Notes: generated from the letters alone by a model not told the origin. 64,000 nt of DNA from Laetmonice hystrix (GCA_965235115.1 OZ249447.1:25730001-25794000); one strand, 5' to 3'; shown: positions 9,601-24,445, counted from the first letter of the stretch. Translations and numbers: made by a program.

Positions 9601-12600
9601 GAGCGTCTCACATTTCGCCTGTCAATTTCAGTCCGCTTCACTCTACGAATCGTAGTCATCCTCTCCTGTCATCTCCCAACATTTCTTATGTTAGAAAAAA
9701 TACTTTTCATACTTAAGAAGTATTTAATTGTCCAAAGAAAGACCAATATTTAGAGAGGCGTACGTCGTTCACCCAATGTTAATCCAATGAGGAATTGTGA
9801 CGTAACGGATGCTGCATGTCGCCAGCGATGCCCATTTTACGCTCCCTATAAATGCTAACAGCCCTAACTTGACGATCTCAGACTTCTCAACTTCATAACA
9901 CCTCACCTTTCAAAGTTAAACGACCCTCAAACTTTTTCTCGACTCTGGTCGGCCCTGACGCAGTGGCCGCCCAAACCTAGTGTTTCTGTTGATAGGAAAC
10001 ACTACATTTACAGTTACAGCCGTTTGGTGTGTAAAAGTTCTGTCCTTCAGAAATCCTGTGATTACGTACCATGTGAGCACCCTTCAAAGAACCAGTGATT
10101 ACTGGGTTTGGTGTCTGTCCCCAGGAGGCAGCACGTACACCCAGGTGCAATGGTTATCGACCCAGGAGGATGCATTACATTAATGAGAAATTTGATACCA
10201 CAAGAAACGAGCAAACTGCTGACCTTTTGGTTAAAGTGTACTCCCAGCGCCTGAAGCAGGCAGAGATAAAGTCATGACCGAACATTGATATCCCTTCACG
10301 TCCGGCTCCAACATCTCGACTGGTATGGTGTGACTAATACCGGAAATAGACAGATGTAATCATGACTAGTTACCGGAAATTTGAACATTTAGAAGTAATC
10401 ATGTACCCCATGCACATGGGAATTAAGGAATCTTGTAAATTGGTCGTTCGGGTAAGAAATGCGGTATAGTCCAATCCTTGATATTTCAGATGACAATGAT
10501 TAATGGCATTAAGAAGAAACCTGCATGTAAATTTGTGTAAGCCTACATGCCACTAAGACACAACGTATAGCTTTATTACTTCTGGCCATAGCTCCCTATT
10601 CCATTGTCTTTACCATAATGTAGTTCACACTTGACTGTCTTCCCTTCCCTCAGCCTACCTGCTCCTATTGACCTTCCTATGATTGCCCTATCACCGCCCG
10701 CCATGGTTTAATCGACGAGGTCTGGAGACATATCGATCTGATCAGGACCGTCCTATACAAAGGTTCCGACGTATGATCCAGACAGATACTGTCCGGATCG
10801 ATCAGTCGAGCTAAGCAAGCCACGACTGGTCTACCGTCGGCTTATCTCCGCTCAAAATGTCAGTGGTGTGCGGAATTCCTGGACATGTACACATAATAGA
10901 TAATGTAAATTATATATCACCTATCGCTTATAAATGTTGGGTTATACGAAATGCCATTCATCACTTAAATTTCTCCTACAGTTTCCAATTATGGCAGGTA
11001 CCGTCTCTCCTCAAATTGTAGCCTGGTTTTGACTTGTTCTACATACATTTAACGCGCAACATCCCTTTCTGTTCTTGTATAACGATAATTAAAAAAAGTC
11101 CAATTTATCCAGGACAGGTAAATGAAGATACACAGAGCCATCTGAAGAGAACTCCATATAAGGCTCTTTTACTTGAGTCGCTAACTCCTACTTTATCTCT
11201 TTGATTTCACACGGGTTTTCTGTGGCAATGCGTCCATGCCATGGTGTATTTCTTAAACCCCTTCATATTGTATATCTCTACCACATTTCACGTTCTTTCT
11301 TCACACCGGAGAACGATAGTCCCGTAAATCTTTCACTTATAACAGCTAGAATGTTGTCAATAGATTTGGACTGTAACCCACTCGTTTCTGTGTTTAAAAT
11401 CGATACCATGCACAATAGTTATGAATGGTGACACAGACAGACAAGGGACCTGTCACCCAACCTGGACTCCTTGTTACCATGGGAAGACGTACTGTCGTTA
11501 TCTCCTAAAACATGGCGATCGCCCTCTTTCTCCTCGCCCTCCATTTCTTCCTCCTTTGAGGTTCGTTTGAAGGACTCGAACTGTTTCTTGTTTGTGTACG
11601 TTTCTAGCGATTCGATGTTTTTCCGTGCCCTCTGTGAAATACACCGTGTTAACGACGTTTTACACCGAGTTGGCCGTCTTCCCATGCGTACAGGCAATGA
11701 ACCCTTTCAGTGATGCCCTTTCTCTCGGGTTTCAACGGGGAAATGCTCAGCTGCACAAAAGCCTAATTGAAGCAGATGGAATGTGACCATAATTTTCCTA
11801 TAAATATTCTAAAATATTAAATTATAGTATTTGAATCATGCCATTTATTCTTAAATGCCGACTTTAAAAGCCTTTACCCGGTGGGTGTATTCGTACGGGT
11901 GGTATGGGAGTACAGCGTTTGCGACCTGTGATTTTCTAAATTGTAATTGCATTATGTTATGGCCACTTTCACAGAGAATGTGTCAAATCCTATCGTACAT
12001 ATTACAGTCGATATAAGAACTCTGTCATCCTGTATCCCGTCTACTACTCCACCTATCATGTGTATCAGATATTCTTCCGTCGTCACTTAGGATGTTTTCA
12101 ACTCGGCATGCACTTCAAATCAGCAACTAGGTAAATTCCCAGCCTTCAGAGTGTCAGCCATCTAAGCCACCTCCCCTGATAAGTCCGCGGCGTCTGAACC
12201 TCCTGGAAGGGCTCAGATGAGAGGAAGCCCTTCGGTCTAGCTATCATTAGCAAGTAAAGGCAGAAAAAACGGCCTGTATACGCTGCATGCCCATCACGAA
12301 AGGCTAAGAGTTTTCGTCTCTCACGCAATGTCACACAGATTGGTGATTTAATAGTGCTATCGAGCCGATGTCAGATATCTCAAATGGACGCCTTTAAGGT
12401 CATTTGGGGCGTGGAAAATTGCCAAAGGGGGTCCCCTACAATCACATTCAGTACCTGATTCCCATGTCGCAAACGGCTGGGGGCATAACCCACAAGGCCA
12501 CTGATGATATCCAATAATGAGTGTGTACGGCCTCATCAGAAATGTCTCGGATAGTGTTCGGAGGCGTGCATCCATGTCTTCCTCACCAAATTAACAGGGG

Positions 12601-12794
12601 CTTACCCAATAAAATACCCTGATTTTGGACTGCGATGCAAACAGGACAGATTGTGCCTGGAATAGCAATACGTGACTAACCAGAGCAACTTTTGTGTTAA
12701 CTGGTATTCGTTTCCGCTAAAGCGTATCCTTTCAGTAGTTGTTGTGTCCCAATTCAAAGCAGAGCCTCTCGAAAGCAATAGTTAGATGTACTAA

Positions 12795-12795
<1 letters not shown>

Positions 12796-12833
<38 letters not shown>

Positions 12834-12850
12834 CAGTGCATAGTAGCAGT
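12796..12850. repeat. (AGT)n microsatellite
   Basis: About 12 perfect AGT units followed by degenerate AGC/AGT units. Confidence 0.95.
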
Positions 12851-15800
12851 AATTATTGCCATACTGCTGGGGCAACCACTATCTATACCGAAAGTGAACT
12901 CCGATGTTGTATTTTTCTTATACCAGTTTGTTTTTCTCCCTCCCCTTTAGAAGACGAGTTTTGCTAATGTTGCTCTTTTGAAAGTCTACCGAAGAATTGA
13001 ATGTCTCTAAACTCGTTCATTTCGGCCCTAATTTCCGTGGTTGTGCACTGCCCCAACCATATTATTCCTTTCCAACCCCTGGGTTGACTCCCGTTAGATA
13101 CCCTAGCCATCTGGCTCCCTTCGTATACATGTGTATATCTTTTCTTCTTGGACACCAACTCGATATTGTCCGCGCTATATGATCCTCCAAGTCCGAAGGA
13201 GTTAACACCGGTATGTGTCATTTACAAACATGGAAATAGGTTCGGCTCCCATTTCGGCACCACTGTCTCCTCAAATAAATATAAGGTTATCTCCATTCGC
13301 ATGGCACGCAATGTCTGTGTGTGTATAGGGGGGGGGGGGGGGGTTACAGAAACGGCGAGCCGTTCATGTTTAGTGTGGTCCTGTCTGTGTGCCTATCACA
13401 CATTGCGATATGAGATTGGGAGTCTTTGACCATCCTTTGAAGCAAGAAATTGTATTAGCTTTGTAGTTCGTATTATCGTAGAGATATACGTATTTCGTAT
13501 TTAATAAATACATAAACATGTAGGCTATACGCCACCCTATTTATTTCGTAATATGAATTCCATGAGAGTTTTAGAGAAAGGACGTCCGAATCGTAGTTCT
13601 GTACCATTCAAGTGATCCGTGGCCTACCTGTCCGCATACCTCCACACCAAAGTTAAATACTTGATGAGGAAAAGTTGCCAGTAGACGATGTATCGATTAT
13701 GCTTTATCTAGACTGAATAAAGGAACACGGGGCCACAGTCGTCGACAAAGAGAGGACCTTTTTTTGTTAGAAACTGTGTACCATTCCTGAGCGCCCTATG
13801 GACGGTCTCCCGCTGGATCAAACGGCTCGGTTATTGGCGGACTTTCAGAAGCAGACGAGTTCCTATGGAGAAGAACGCTTGCATCCAGGCCAGCCTATTT
13901 TGCGTGGCTGACATTTGCCATGACACTTACCCCCTTGTCTGACATCCATCCTGACCTGCCTGTCGGCCATTTGCAATAAACCCGATAAAAGACCTTCTGT
14001 TGCGGGTCCTCTGTGTAAGTGGCGCCACAAACTTCGACAAAGCGGAAGTGAATCGCGACCATATGGCTCACTTCTGGCCGCTCTCATATTTTCTCGCTCC
14101 AGGCGAGAGCCTTTGTTAACCGACCGCGTTCTTACGTCAGCAACGTTAAACGGCGCGGGGCGTTTGCGGTTCAACGTCTTCATGGAAGCCTACAGCACAC
14201 TGTAAGAACGATTGCAAACATTGCATAGAAATCCCTAACTGCAGCAATGGTCCGCCGAGAGGACAGCTCTTAAGTCAGACTGTTAACACAACGAAAAGGT
14301 TCATTTGACGTTTTATTTCCAAATAACCATAGACTTTTCCTGAATCTCGCTTCTAACGGCTGCATACTCCGATCGACATTTAGGGAAATGGGGATTTATC
14401 ACCGTCCACACACGGTCCACGCCATTTTATTGTTGACAGGGAGAGAGACCACCAGCATAGCTGTCAAATTTCGCTGCCACAACATTCTACTGTTACGCAA
14501 GGGTTATTTGCAAGGCCTGTTCATAATCATTCACCTTTGCACAATCATTGCACAGTATGAAAGCGGTCCAATACGGATTCGCTTGTCACTGCCGGATCGG
14601 TTTCGCTCACAAGGGACATCAGAGGTAACCTGTGTCACTAGTGGTTGTCGGCAGCCCCCGCTTTGGAATGATATATTGACATCATATGCGACAGAATCGG
14701 CACCAGTCCTTTTCCCATGTAAAAAAAGCAATCGCGCGTCCGACATAGGAGTTCTCATTGAGGAGTCCTAAAACGAGGTGTACACTACGCGAAATCTATA
14801 ATTCATCGACCACAATAGACGGTGAGCCGAAATTATTCCCAGTGATACGGGACCCTCGATAATAAAAGGGTAAAGTGTCAACCTGAGAATACGGACGTTC
14901 TGCCTGAATTGAACATCTCAGCCTGCAGACAAACAGTGTGTACTCCATGCGACAGAATGATGGGTGTGTCGGATCCCCAAAACGGAGTTCAGCAGAATGT
15001 AGGCTTATCAATATTGGAACGAAGGAAATCCGAGGATTATGCATCATCGGCAAATCCTTAGCATTTTGTGTTTTTTCCGTGCCCTATTTTACTTACAGGC
15101 TTTCATCATATGAACGAGTGACCTCAAAGTGGGGCCACAGTGACAGGTTCTAATCAAGAACAGAGAAAGAACAATTCTGCCAGTCACTCTGAGAAGCTGA
15201 ACTCCGAGATGCCTGATATTTAGACGATCCCGTAAACAAATGAAGACTTTCCGATGTAACCAGGTGCATGTGCCTACGTCATCTCGTTAGACAGGCTCCC
15301 AAAGGTCCTCGATTGGTAAAAATCACCAATCACGACGCCGGCAGCCTCTCCTCCGATTGAGGTCAATTTGGGCCTAAGAGCATTGCCAACGGTCAAAACA
15401 CACGCGGGTCTTCACTGGCCCCACCAAATCTGTCTGGAATAAATTCCGAAAAGAATTGTGAGGCCCAGGGCTTAAACACCTCATGTGTTCGTTGTTGGTA
15501 AGACGGCCCCGCAGGATTGAAATGCTTTAGTCGCAATGCGAAACATTGTTACAATCGACCGGCGAAACGGCACGGAGCGTTTCTCAGGCGTGGATAATTT
15601 GCGCGATGTCATGTGTCTACACATTGAGAACGGTAGTTGGCAAATTCGCCCGCCAATCTTGCCTAATCAAGATCCCATTGATTGCAACAGATTCAAGGCC
15701 GACGGACGTCAGAATCTAATGTTAGACATGGTTCGTCCAAGCTCCATGCCTGCTCTTCAAGAGCAGGGTTGATAACTTGGTCTGGAATCTTCGAATCCTG

Positions 15801-18385
15801 TGATTAAGCAGTCATCTGAGCCCAGTTCCTTACAAACTTCAGATCTTGCTTAAGCTTCTGCTTAACTCCTCGATTGGCTGGTCTAAACAGACAGAAGCGT
15901 TAAGAGTAAACTTAAGCAATTCTGAAGTTTTTAGGAACTGGGCCCTGGGACATTGATACCATTCATTACTAATTGCAGACCAAGGTAGTCTGGAAATCCT
16001 GTCTGGTTTTACACAGAGAATATATAATTTTGAGCACTGCACGTGCTGGGCTTGTGGCACAAAAGTACGCACGTTTGTCAGAATGGGCGCCACCTTGCGT
16101 GAGACGAATGAAATGAGACTTCCGGTCTCTCGAAATCGAATGCAAGTTTCGTGCTCCGCTTGGCCGCTTGCAGACTGGAAAAGGTATATTTTAATTATCT
16201 AGTCGCGTGATATTTTCAGCAACAAAGATATACACGCGTTCATAGTCTCACACATCTTCAAAGTGAACCCACAATCTATCCTGCCATCTTAAGCGTTTTA
16301 TGATTGCCGAATTCTAGCGGTCCTTTCACCAATGAAACGGGCCCCACCTTGAACTGAAAATGTTTTATGTTAGAAAATGTATAGATTAACCAACAAGTGA
16401 GCTTGGGTGTTAGGGAAATCGCCCATGTGCAGTTTGATGTCGCTTTGATAGATCCAACCAATTCATATGCTAAACGTATGGAGAAATGTAGCACTTGTTA
16501 CTGAAATTGCTCTTGAAAATGCATTGACAATACTAACAAAGGGATGCTGATGATAACGATGAACCTGAACCCACTTAGCTGAACAATAATAGGCCACATC
16601 ATGCTCTCTGTGGTATATAGGGTTACCCATCACTGACCGTATCACAATGTGTAATATGCGATGTTGTATCGAACCTCATCACAATACATCGTGACCATGG
16701 CTCCTCTCGATAATATTATTACCAGTGTCGCGGTCAGACTGATACAATACGTCGTTCTCGCCATGAAGCCTTTCTCAATACTGAGAGGGACTGAACCGTA
16801 TAGGAAAGGTGATGTTTCAGCTGTGAGGGGTATAACAGGAAGGGTATTGTATGGGGCTGGGTCAAGGGGGTTAAGTATACCTCAGTAACAATCAGCAACA
16901 GTTCAATGTGTGAGGGGACTAGAGTAACCGGAGAAAGTCACGGACCTTGCAGAAAGCAACCGCCAAACTTTCTCCTGTTAGGTATGACGGGCATGCTTGT
17001 TGTCGCCTCGGCAAGCTTAAATTCTACACAAGGTCATGTGCTACACTAAATCAAACCCATTACATATCGATACTATGTATTTTAATAGAAGGAGCAAGTT
17101 TTTCTGATTATAAAAATGTATAAATATCCATATGTCGCCATGCTAACTTTTGTGTGGGATGTCTATAGAAAATCCATGTCTTGGCTACTTTGAGTGCTTC
17201 TTACACTCATCTGGGGGCCTTCGAGGTAAATTCAAGGCTTTGCACAGGCATACATTTCCTATAAACCCAGGCTTATTACAAAAAAATAAGCATGGTGATG
17301 TATAGTTATCTACACGTTTTTAAACTGAAAACACTTGTTCTTTCTATTAAAATACAAAATATTGATATGTAATGGGTTTGTGTTTTATACATTGGTTACT
17401 ATGGCGAGATTTGGCACGAGATTTGAGAGGTGTAGCACATAAATGGCAGCACCAGTACGAGTTTGAGGGGGCGCCGTCTACTGTGAACTTTACATGTGGC
17501 TTCTAACTGCATTCTGACCTAAACCTGGGACGCTGGATGGACACCGGGGCTATCTGTAATGTAACTTATCCAGTCATATTTGGTTACAGCATTATATTAT
17601 TATTGAATTGTTTCATTTAGTGTAGGTTACCTCTCTACTAGCTTCCAAAACAGGGAAACTTCTCAAGGTGATTGGTTTATCTTGATGACATGATAGTAAG
17701 TGTAACTTAATGAGCTCGAGTCTACTTATGTACTATGCCAGGCTGACTCAGGAGTAGCACTCTATTGACCACGGAAGGACCACATTGAAAACGATCTGAT
17801 AGACCTATGATTATATCTACGGGTGGGAGGGGGGGGGGGCTAGGAGGCAGAAGCGGGTTTAGCCGGCTGTGTTCAAATGGAAAGTGATTATACACTAAGG
17901 AAACATGGCTTTAGTACGGCTGATGTACATGAGGAAAGGAAGTACACGTAATAGATGATTGCTTGTAGATGTGCATAATGCCATCCAGACCTTACAATCT
18001 ATTCCATAATTATTGTATATTATGTGACTCCCATAAGAATCGACTAATTATACTTACATGAGAGTTCCATTGGGTGGAGGGGGGCTTATTGTTCCCCCTT
18101 GACGTTTAATTAGCCCCCCCCCCTCATGATTATATATATTCCGAAACGCCACATCATGCTGTAGATATACCGGTATACCTCCCTAGCCAAATTTCAGTTA
18201 TAGCAATTCTTTTCGACAGCCCTCTCTATAATTTCTCAGTGTATAGTGCATATAAGAGAGTTAATAAGTATTGATTCTGTACTGTACTGATCCCGAAAGT
18301 CTCGAGTTGAGCGGCTTGGAGTGGAGAGCACCTCTCCGTACCTTGCTGGGCGCGACCTGACAGTACGTATAATTAGCACAAGCTG

Positions 18386-18703
18386 GTAACTATTCACACA
18401 CGAACGAGAAGGAAACTGTCGGCCTGTAACTATTCACACACGAACGAGAAGGAAACTGTCGGCCTGTAACTATTCACACAGCAACGAGAAGGAACAGCCT
18501 GTAACTATTCACACACCAACGAGAAGGAAACTGTCGGCCTGTAACTATTCACACACCAACGAGAAGGAAACTGTCGGCCTGTAACTATTCACACAGCAAC
18601 GAGAAGGAAACTATCAGCCTGTAACTATTCACACACCAACGAGAAGGAAACTGTCGGCCTGTAACTATTCACACACCAACGAGAAGGAAACTGTCGGCCT
18701 GCT
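18386..18703. repeat. 40-bp minisatellite, about 8 copies
   Basis: Unit GTAACTATTCACACACCAACGAGAAGGAAACTGTCGGCCT; period of 40 seen at 18541 and 18581. Confidence 0.95.
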
Positions 18704-19526
18704 GTAACCCTGCCCAACACTGCCAGCTTCAACTGCCACGTCAGGCAGATAAAAAGGAAGTGTTTAGAGAAAGCAGTGGCATTTGTCATCAATATTGCAG
18801 GTGGATGGTCACAGAGGGGTTTCAAACGGACAATGAGTGTCGGTTTACGTTATAGCGGCGGCTGTCAGTCTACCTACCAATAATGCCACGCTGGGCCCCA
18901 GTTAAAAGGCCCTTCCCTGTCTTTGCTCTGTCTCTGGCACGGCTCTTCGACTTTTCCATTATAATTTACTGCAAATGAGTTTTCACTTAACTTCTGAAAC
19001 TGAACCTCCTCAAACCTGTCTTTGAGTGGCTGATGAAGTTCGCACCTGACTGTTTGAGAGTTCCGACCTTCCGAGACTTCGATCGATTTTTGCTCGTTTC
19101 ACGTTGAACCGAGGGTCGCGCTGTCTTCTTTCTCCCCAAATGAGCCTACTTTTTAACTTGAGCATAATTTATTCTCCACTGGGGTCTATATTAATCTGAA
19201 GCATGACATGAACCATTGGCTAATGCTTTACGGGCGGTATCCCGATCATTTTGAGGGACTTTACTGATGAATTGGAAGCGAGTATAATAGTATACCATAT
19301 AAGGACACGGAAGGACAACCGAGATTTCCCCCACCTACACGCCGCTAAGAGTCGAGAGGTTCGGAACATTCGGTAGGATTACTTTTCAGTAGGAGTTTGA
19401 GGTAAATTATTAAACCTCCGAGTCGGTACATGTACCTGGGTAGAATACCCGAGCACCGCCCCCATGCAGTATACAAAGGCCCGGCCCATTGGCCCACTGT
19501 GAGCGGCTGGCAAGGTCGTGTGACGT

Positions 19527-19729
19527 AAAGAAGGAGGGGCAGTAAGGGCCTGAGATCGAGGAGAAGGAGGGGCAGTAAGGACCTGAGATCGAGGAGAAGG
19601 AGGGGCAGTAAGGGCCTGAGATCGAGGAGAAGGAGGGGCAGTAAGGGCCTGAGATCGAGGAGAAGGAGGGGCAGTAAGGGCCTGAGATCGAGGAGAAGGA
19701 GGGGCAGTAAGGACCTGAGATCGAGGAGC
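19527..19729. repeat. 33-bp purine-rich minisatellite, about 6 copies
   Basis: Unit AAGGAGGGGCAGTAAGGGCCTGAGATCGAGGAG. It produces the Leu-rich and Ser-rich minus-strand ORFs in the track. Confidence 0.95.
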
Positions 19730-19962
19730 AATGTATTAAAGGTGACCGACGTAGCAGCGAGTAGTGCTCACCATTGTCCGAGACCGAGGTTGGTTGGCAG
19801 GCGCCCATTAACATCCTCCTGTTGTGTCTGGTGGCCAGAATGACGGTACTCATTGGTATTCATGGGGACACAGCCGTCTGACGGGCGCTATACGCTCCAC
19901 CATCACCTGTACAACTTTCTGAGAAACACGATTAGATCTTCTACGTGTGTACCGCGGTGACC

Positions 19963-20103
19963 AGCGTCGCCCTGTACAAGAGTCTGATCCAGAGGTACAT
20001 TCAGCAGTTTAGAACAGTGCGGGACGTATGTGGTATTTATCAAGACAGGAAACTTTATTTGTTAAAACATGTCAAAAAGCGGCTGCTCGATCATATACCA
20101 TGT
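19963..20103 (+). pseudogene. Possible highly decayed CR1/L2-type LINE fragment (C-terminal to the RT domain)
   Basis: Translation VALYKSLIQ...LLKHVKKRLLDHIP resembles the CR1/L2 motif LYKSLVRP...LLERVQRRATKMIP in spacing. The middle section is dissimilar. Confidence 0.25.
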
Positions 20104-22043
20104 AGTCTGACCTCGTGTCTTTTATCCGCGAATTATACCTGAAACCTCCGAAAGGCACATACGAAAAAAAACACCTTTAAGAAGGTGACGAATATAGCCT
20201 ACACGTCATGTTCCTTTGATATAAGAAATGCACGAGTTCACTTTACCATGACGCAGTATGCCTACGTTTCGTACACTTTAGATGTCAGCTGTGAAAATTG
20301 TTCTCGAAGTTTCCGCCCTGAATAATGGTGTTACTTTGGAACCAGGGATGGCCCAAGTAGGGCTGGCAGCTGAGTGTCACCCGTTGATGATGGAGGACGT
20401 TCTGAGAGAGACGTTTCCCTTCGTGATGATGTTAAAGGTTTGCGCCTGTTCCTCTTCAGTTTGAGATGCTCTTCAAACACCGTCATTTTCACTCCAGTGC
20501 CAGTAGCAGTATCGGCCTAATTATCGCCCATTACTGACCAGAGCGTCCCCTTTGAGAGACGAGAGCAACACTTGACAGACAAATCACACTATTTAGACCC
20601 AGACCTTTCTCCCTGGCCCACGTCTCCACGGTATTCTTGGCAATATGAAAAGGTGAGACACCTGGAACTGTTCATACTGCTACGATAAAACCTGATCTAA
20701 CGAGACAAGGCTGCAGCAAATGCCAATTCCCGACTTGACTTCGAAGTCACTGTATAGAGTTAGCATAGCGCCGGTATCGTACGCCATAATCATGACTGAC
20801 GTCCAAATACAGCAAGAAGTACAGGTAATAATCACTCAAGGGACGGAAACTACGTCGAATTTTGGCTCAGGGCTATGAGTCGAACATAGAGCTCGTTACC
20901 GTTACTGTTAGCAGAGAGGTCGCATAAAATGCGACCGCTCCCTGATTAGAATGTGTCGTGCGTGAGTTAAGGCCCTTTCGTCGGTGAACATTTTGTGTGG
21001 GTTGGTCGCCCGAGGGGCCTCCGGTATCTTTTGCTAATCCAAATACGACACTCCAGTGTTCTTTAATATGCCCCTTGGAAATTACTACATCTCTGGGCCG
21101 TATATTTATCATAACGCTGACGCCGAATTTACTTGCAAAAGGTTGTGGCGTGAACGCTCGGCGTCATGTAATTGTAGGTGTCAAGGGTATGGGAGCATCC
21201 CCATGCTGGCCGGCTGGAGCAGGGGTCAGGCATGGACATGGCCGAGCAAGGCGTGCCGGGGAGACACGACCCCAGCGTGCCGCCCTACAAACACGCCTAA
21301 TGTGAAAACCGCCGAGTGATACACCACGTGACCCGCGTAGTAATGCGCGCTAATTTACTGAGAGAAAATTGACGATGGACTGAGAGGGTGTGGTATTTAT
21401 GTGAGCTGCGACATTGCGCCCTCATGATAAACAGCACAAGTTGCTGAACAAACACCCTGCTCACTAGGCTTACACGGGGCCACTGTTTGTAGCGGTCCAA
21501 GCAAGTCGGATACCCCAATGGCATTTAGATAATAGTTTCCTGAGCATTCTTTGCTAAACTTGAATTCGCCAAGAATTGCTCATGAATATTTAGCCCAACT
21601 CCATGCAGAAGTGCCCTCCTTATTATGGAAGGCATCCGACCTTTGGTGGGGAGGGTTACATATGCCCGGCCTTTCGTTAGGCCCTTAAGTAGTAGCAATA
21701 AAGAATAGTGGCCGGGCGAGGTTCGACTACCTCAGCTGCGCGCGACGTCCTTTTTTCCGGTGGCTGACGGGAGTTCCTGTCGCACTCTGCCCTCGACGTG
21801 ACATCATATTACCACGTGCTTCAAGGATGGTTTCCGCACGGCCAAACCTGCTGTCATCGCCTCAACCTGCCTTCTGCGCTAACCCTATCACAACTCCAAC
21901 AATGTGACAAGGTCGACTATATAGTCTGGCCCTTACACGACTATGAGATTTGCCATGCCTGGCCCATAGGGTTAGGGGGTAGGGTGGGGAGTTCAGGTAC
22001 AGTCATATAACTATAGAATCTTTGCGTGATTGGATAGGGTATA

Positions 22044-22199
22044 CAGTGGCGGATCAAAGGGGAGGGTAAGGGGGTTGTAACCCCCAATAGCAACCAATTT
22101 TCCTTTTTCTCTCATACCACTTAAATTGCCCCTGCTCAATCCCTTGTTATCCAGATTTCCCTCTTCCATCCCCGTTCCAAAATTCAGGATCCGCCCCTT
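22044..22199. mobile_element. Probable decayed hAT-like MITE (CAG(T/G)GGCGGATC termini)
   Basis: Left end CAGTGGCGGATCAA; right end AGGATCCGCCCCT. No TSD match found. Confidence 0.4.
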
Positions 22200-23907
22200 A
22201 AAACAATACAATACAATTTTATTCTCTAAAAATTACACTTGGTGTAATTACATGAGACGATTTAAACACCTTGAAGAAAGATATCGCACTGGCCTGATGT
22301 ACTGGTATTAGGATAGATTCATGGAGAGGAAATAAATTTTCTTTAAATAAGTATACTGTGAATACCCAATTACTCCCCCAGCCCACTTACACACACTAAA
22401 AATGCCATTTATACATGTGCAGTTCGCTAATTGACTTTAAGTAGATAGAGTAATCACTCCAATAAGTAGGTAATAAAATTACGCCATATCAAAATAGAAT
22501 GAGCAGTATAAATGATTCTACCTGTGTGCACCGAGCATCACAAGTATCTCACATTGCCCGAGGTTCACCATGTATCAATCCAGTCGATATGAACCAAAGC
22601 ACTTAAAACGTCCACGGTGGGGGGGGGGGACTACTTGGTCATGATTCATACGCCTATCAAGGGCATGCATCACAGTTTGCCCGCTACCTCAAGGTCAATG
22701 TCTCACGGGTCGATGTTGTTGTCAGGAGCGCCTGTACTATACTGAAATATGCCATGTTTACTACTTGTATCAATACCATACCTGGAGTGACAGGTTTCTC
22801 GTAGATCTTGTTTCTCATAGGACTATATGCAATTGAAAGTCGATGGTGGGCGGACTCAAATGAAAGAGGAATGCCCTCTGAAGTTATACGTATTCTAATT
22901 GCCCGTGGCGCTCTCTTACTTATGGTATTGTCCGAGGTAATTAGGTTGGAACCTTTCTTCTCGTTGGGTGTCAATTGCACCATTTGGTTTGATCGATGTA
23001 TACCCAGCATGCAGCCCGGGGTGGTTGTCCTGCCCGCACCTATAGTTGTGGATGGTAATGAACATCAAACTGAATGAGACAGACTTGGAAAGTGTTGTAT
23101 GTACCTCCACGCCCTTTTATTCTCACGAAATGGCTGGGAAGTTCGGGCTCGATCTTACAGGTTTGGAGTTAGGTATAGGATATTCTAATTTAACACGCAA
23201 AGAATTTTTTTGTTACCAACCGGATATTGATCCAAGTCATCGGAAATATAAATCAAAGTTTTATTATTTGATATTAAATTTTTATTCGGCTCATAGCCTA
23301 ACCGATCGAATAATATTGTGAAAATGAGGTTGGTGTATTCTTCTGCAATGTAAGCGCGATGAAGATTTGAAATACATTTAGAGCGAGTCCTAATACGGCA
23401 GGCCTTCGTATAAAAACAAGGAAATCTATAACAGGACCGTATTGTTCGTTTCAAATATTATTCAATTTGAAACTCTCAAGTAATACACAGTCTTTCCTAT
23501 GTCTTCAAACTAATTTAAAAAGTGGAAAGTTTCTGCTTTAATACTTGCTGAATTAATCATGTTCCCGGGCCGCTGCCTCTGATCCATGACCCCTTGATTA
23601 CATATTGATACTGAGAATCAGTGCAACTCGAGCCCTGACTCATCCTGATAGATTCCCTCCGTACAGAGTGACGGTCACACGACAAGTTTGGTCCTGGTCC
23701 ACAATGATGGATGGTACGGGTTGGAAGGTCGAGGGTTTTGTTACAGGAGAGGTCAGGTCAAAGGGAAGGGAGACGGAGGGGAAGGAGAAGGGAGAGAACC
23801 GGGGGAAACAGGGGGAAATTGCCGAAATAAATCCCTGCAGGAATGACATAGCAAATTTGTATTTTTAACAAATCTGACAAAATGGGAGAAAATGTCAGCC
23901 AGGAAAC

Positions 23908-23939
<32 letters not shown>

Positions 23940-24445
23940 GACAGGGACAGAGACGGACAAAGAAATGGCGAGGAGCAGCACTCGTATTGAGACACGCCTG
24001 GTTACACGTGATATTATGTACCCAACTGCCATGCTATGTTCTCACGTCCTGTTTTCAAATACCCAATATTTTTCACCCCGAATGACATAGGTCGAATTTA
24101 ATGCAAAACGTTTCTATTCATTACAAACAACTTTCTTTCACTATTCATATTTACTTTTTGTGTCTGTAGCCGACACCATTGATCCAGTTCGTGACGTTGC
24201 TATAGCAGACGATCACCACAAACTGTGCTCCCGCCACGCTCTAGTCGGGCTTTACACGGCCTCATTATATCGGCAGTATTAAAGTGAGGTTAAACAATGA
24301 AGCGCACAGAGCTGTCGTGCAGACTATAATAAATACTGACACGCGTGGGTGCAGTGACCCGTCATTTATCCGAGGACAATGACATTATTTGTATAGATCC
24401 GAAATTATGTATGACAAATGACATATAGGGACCTTTTGACATTAA

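Noticed and set aside
16098-16256. Inverted pair GCGTGAGACGAATGAA / TTCATAGTCTCACAC
   Set aside because: Short, imperfect and without a TSD; orientation is ambiguous.
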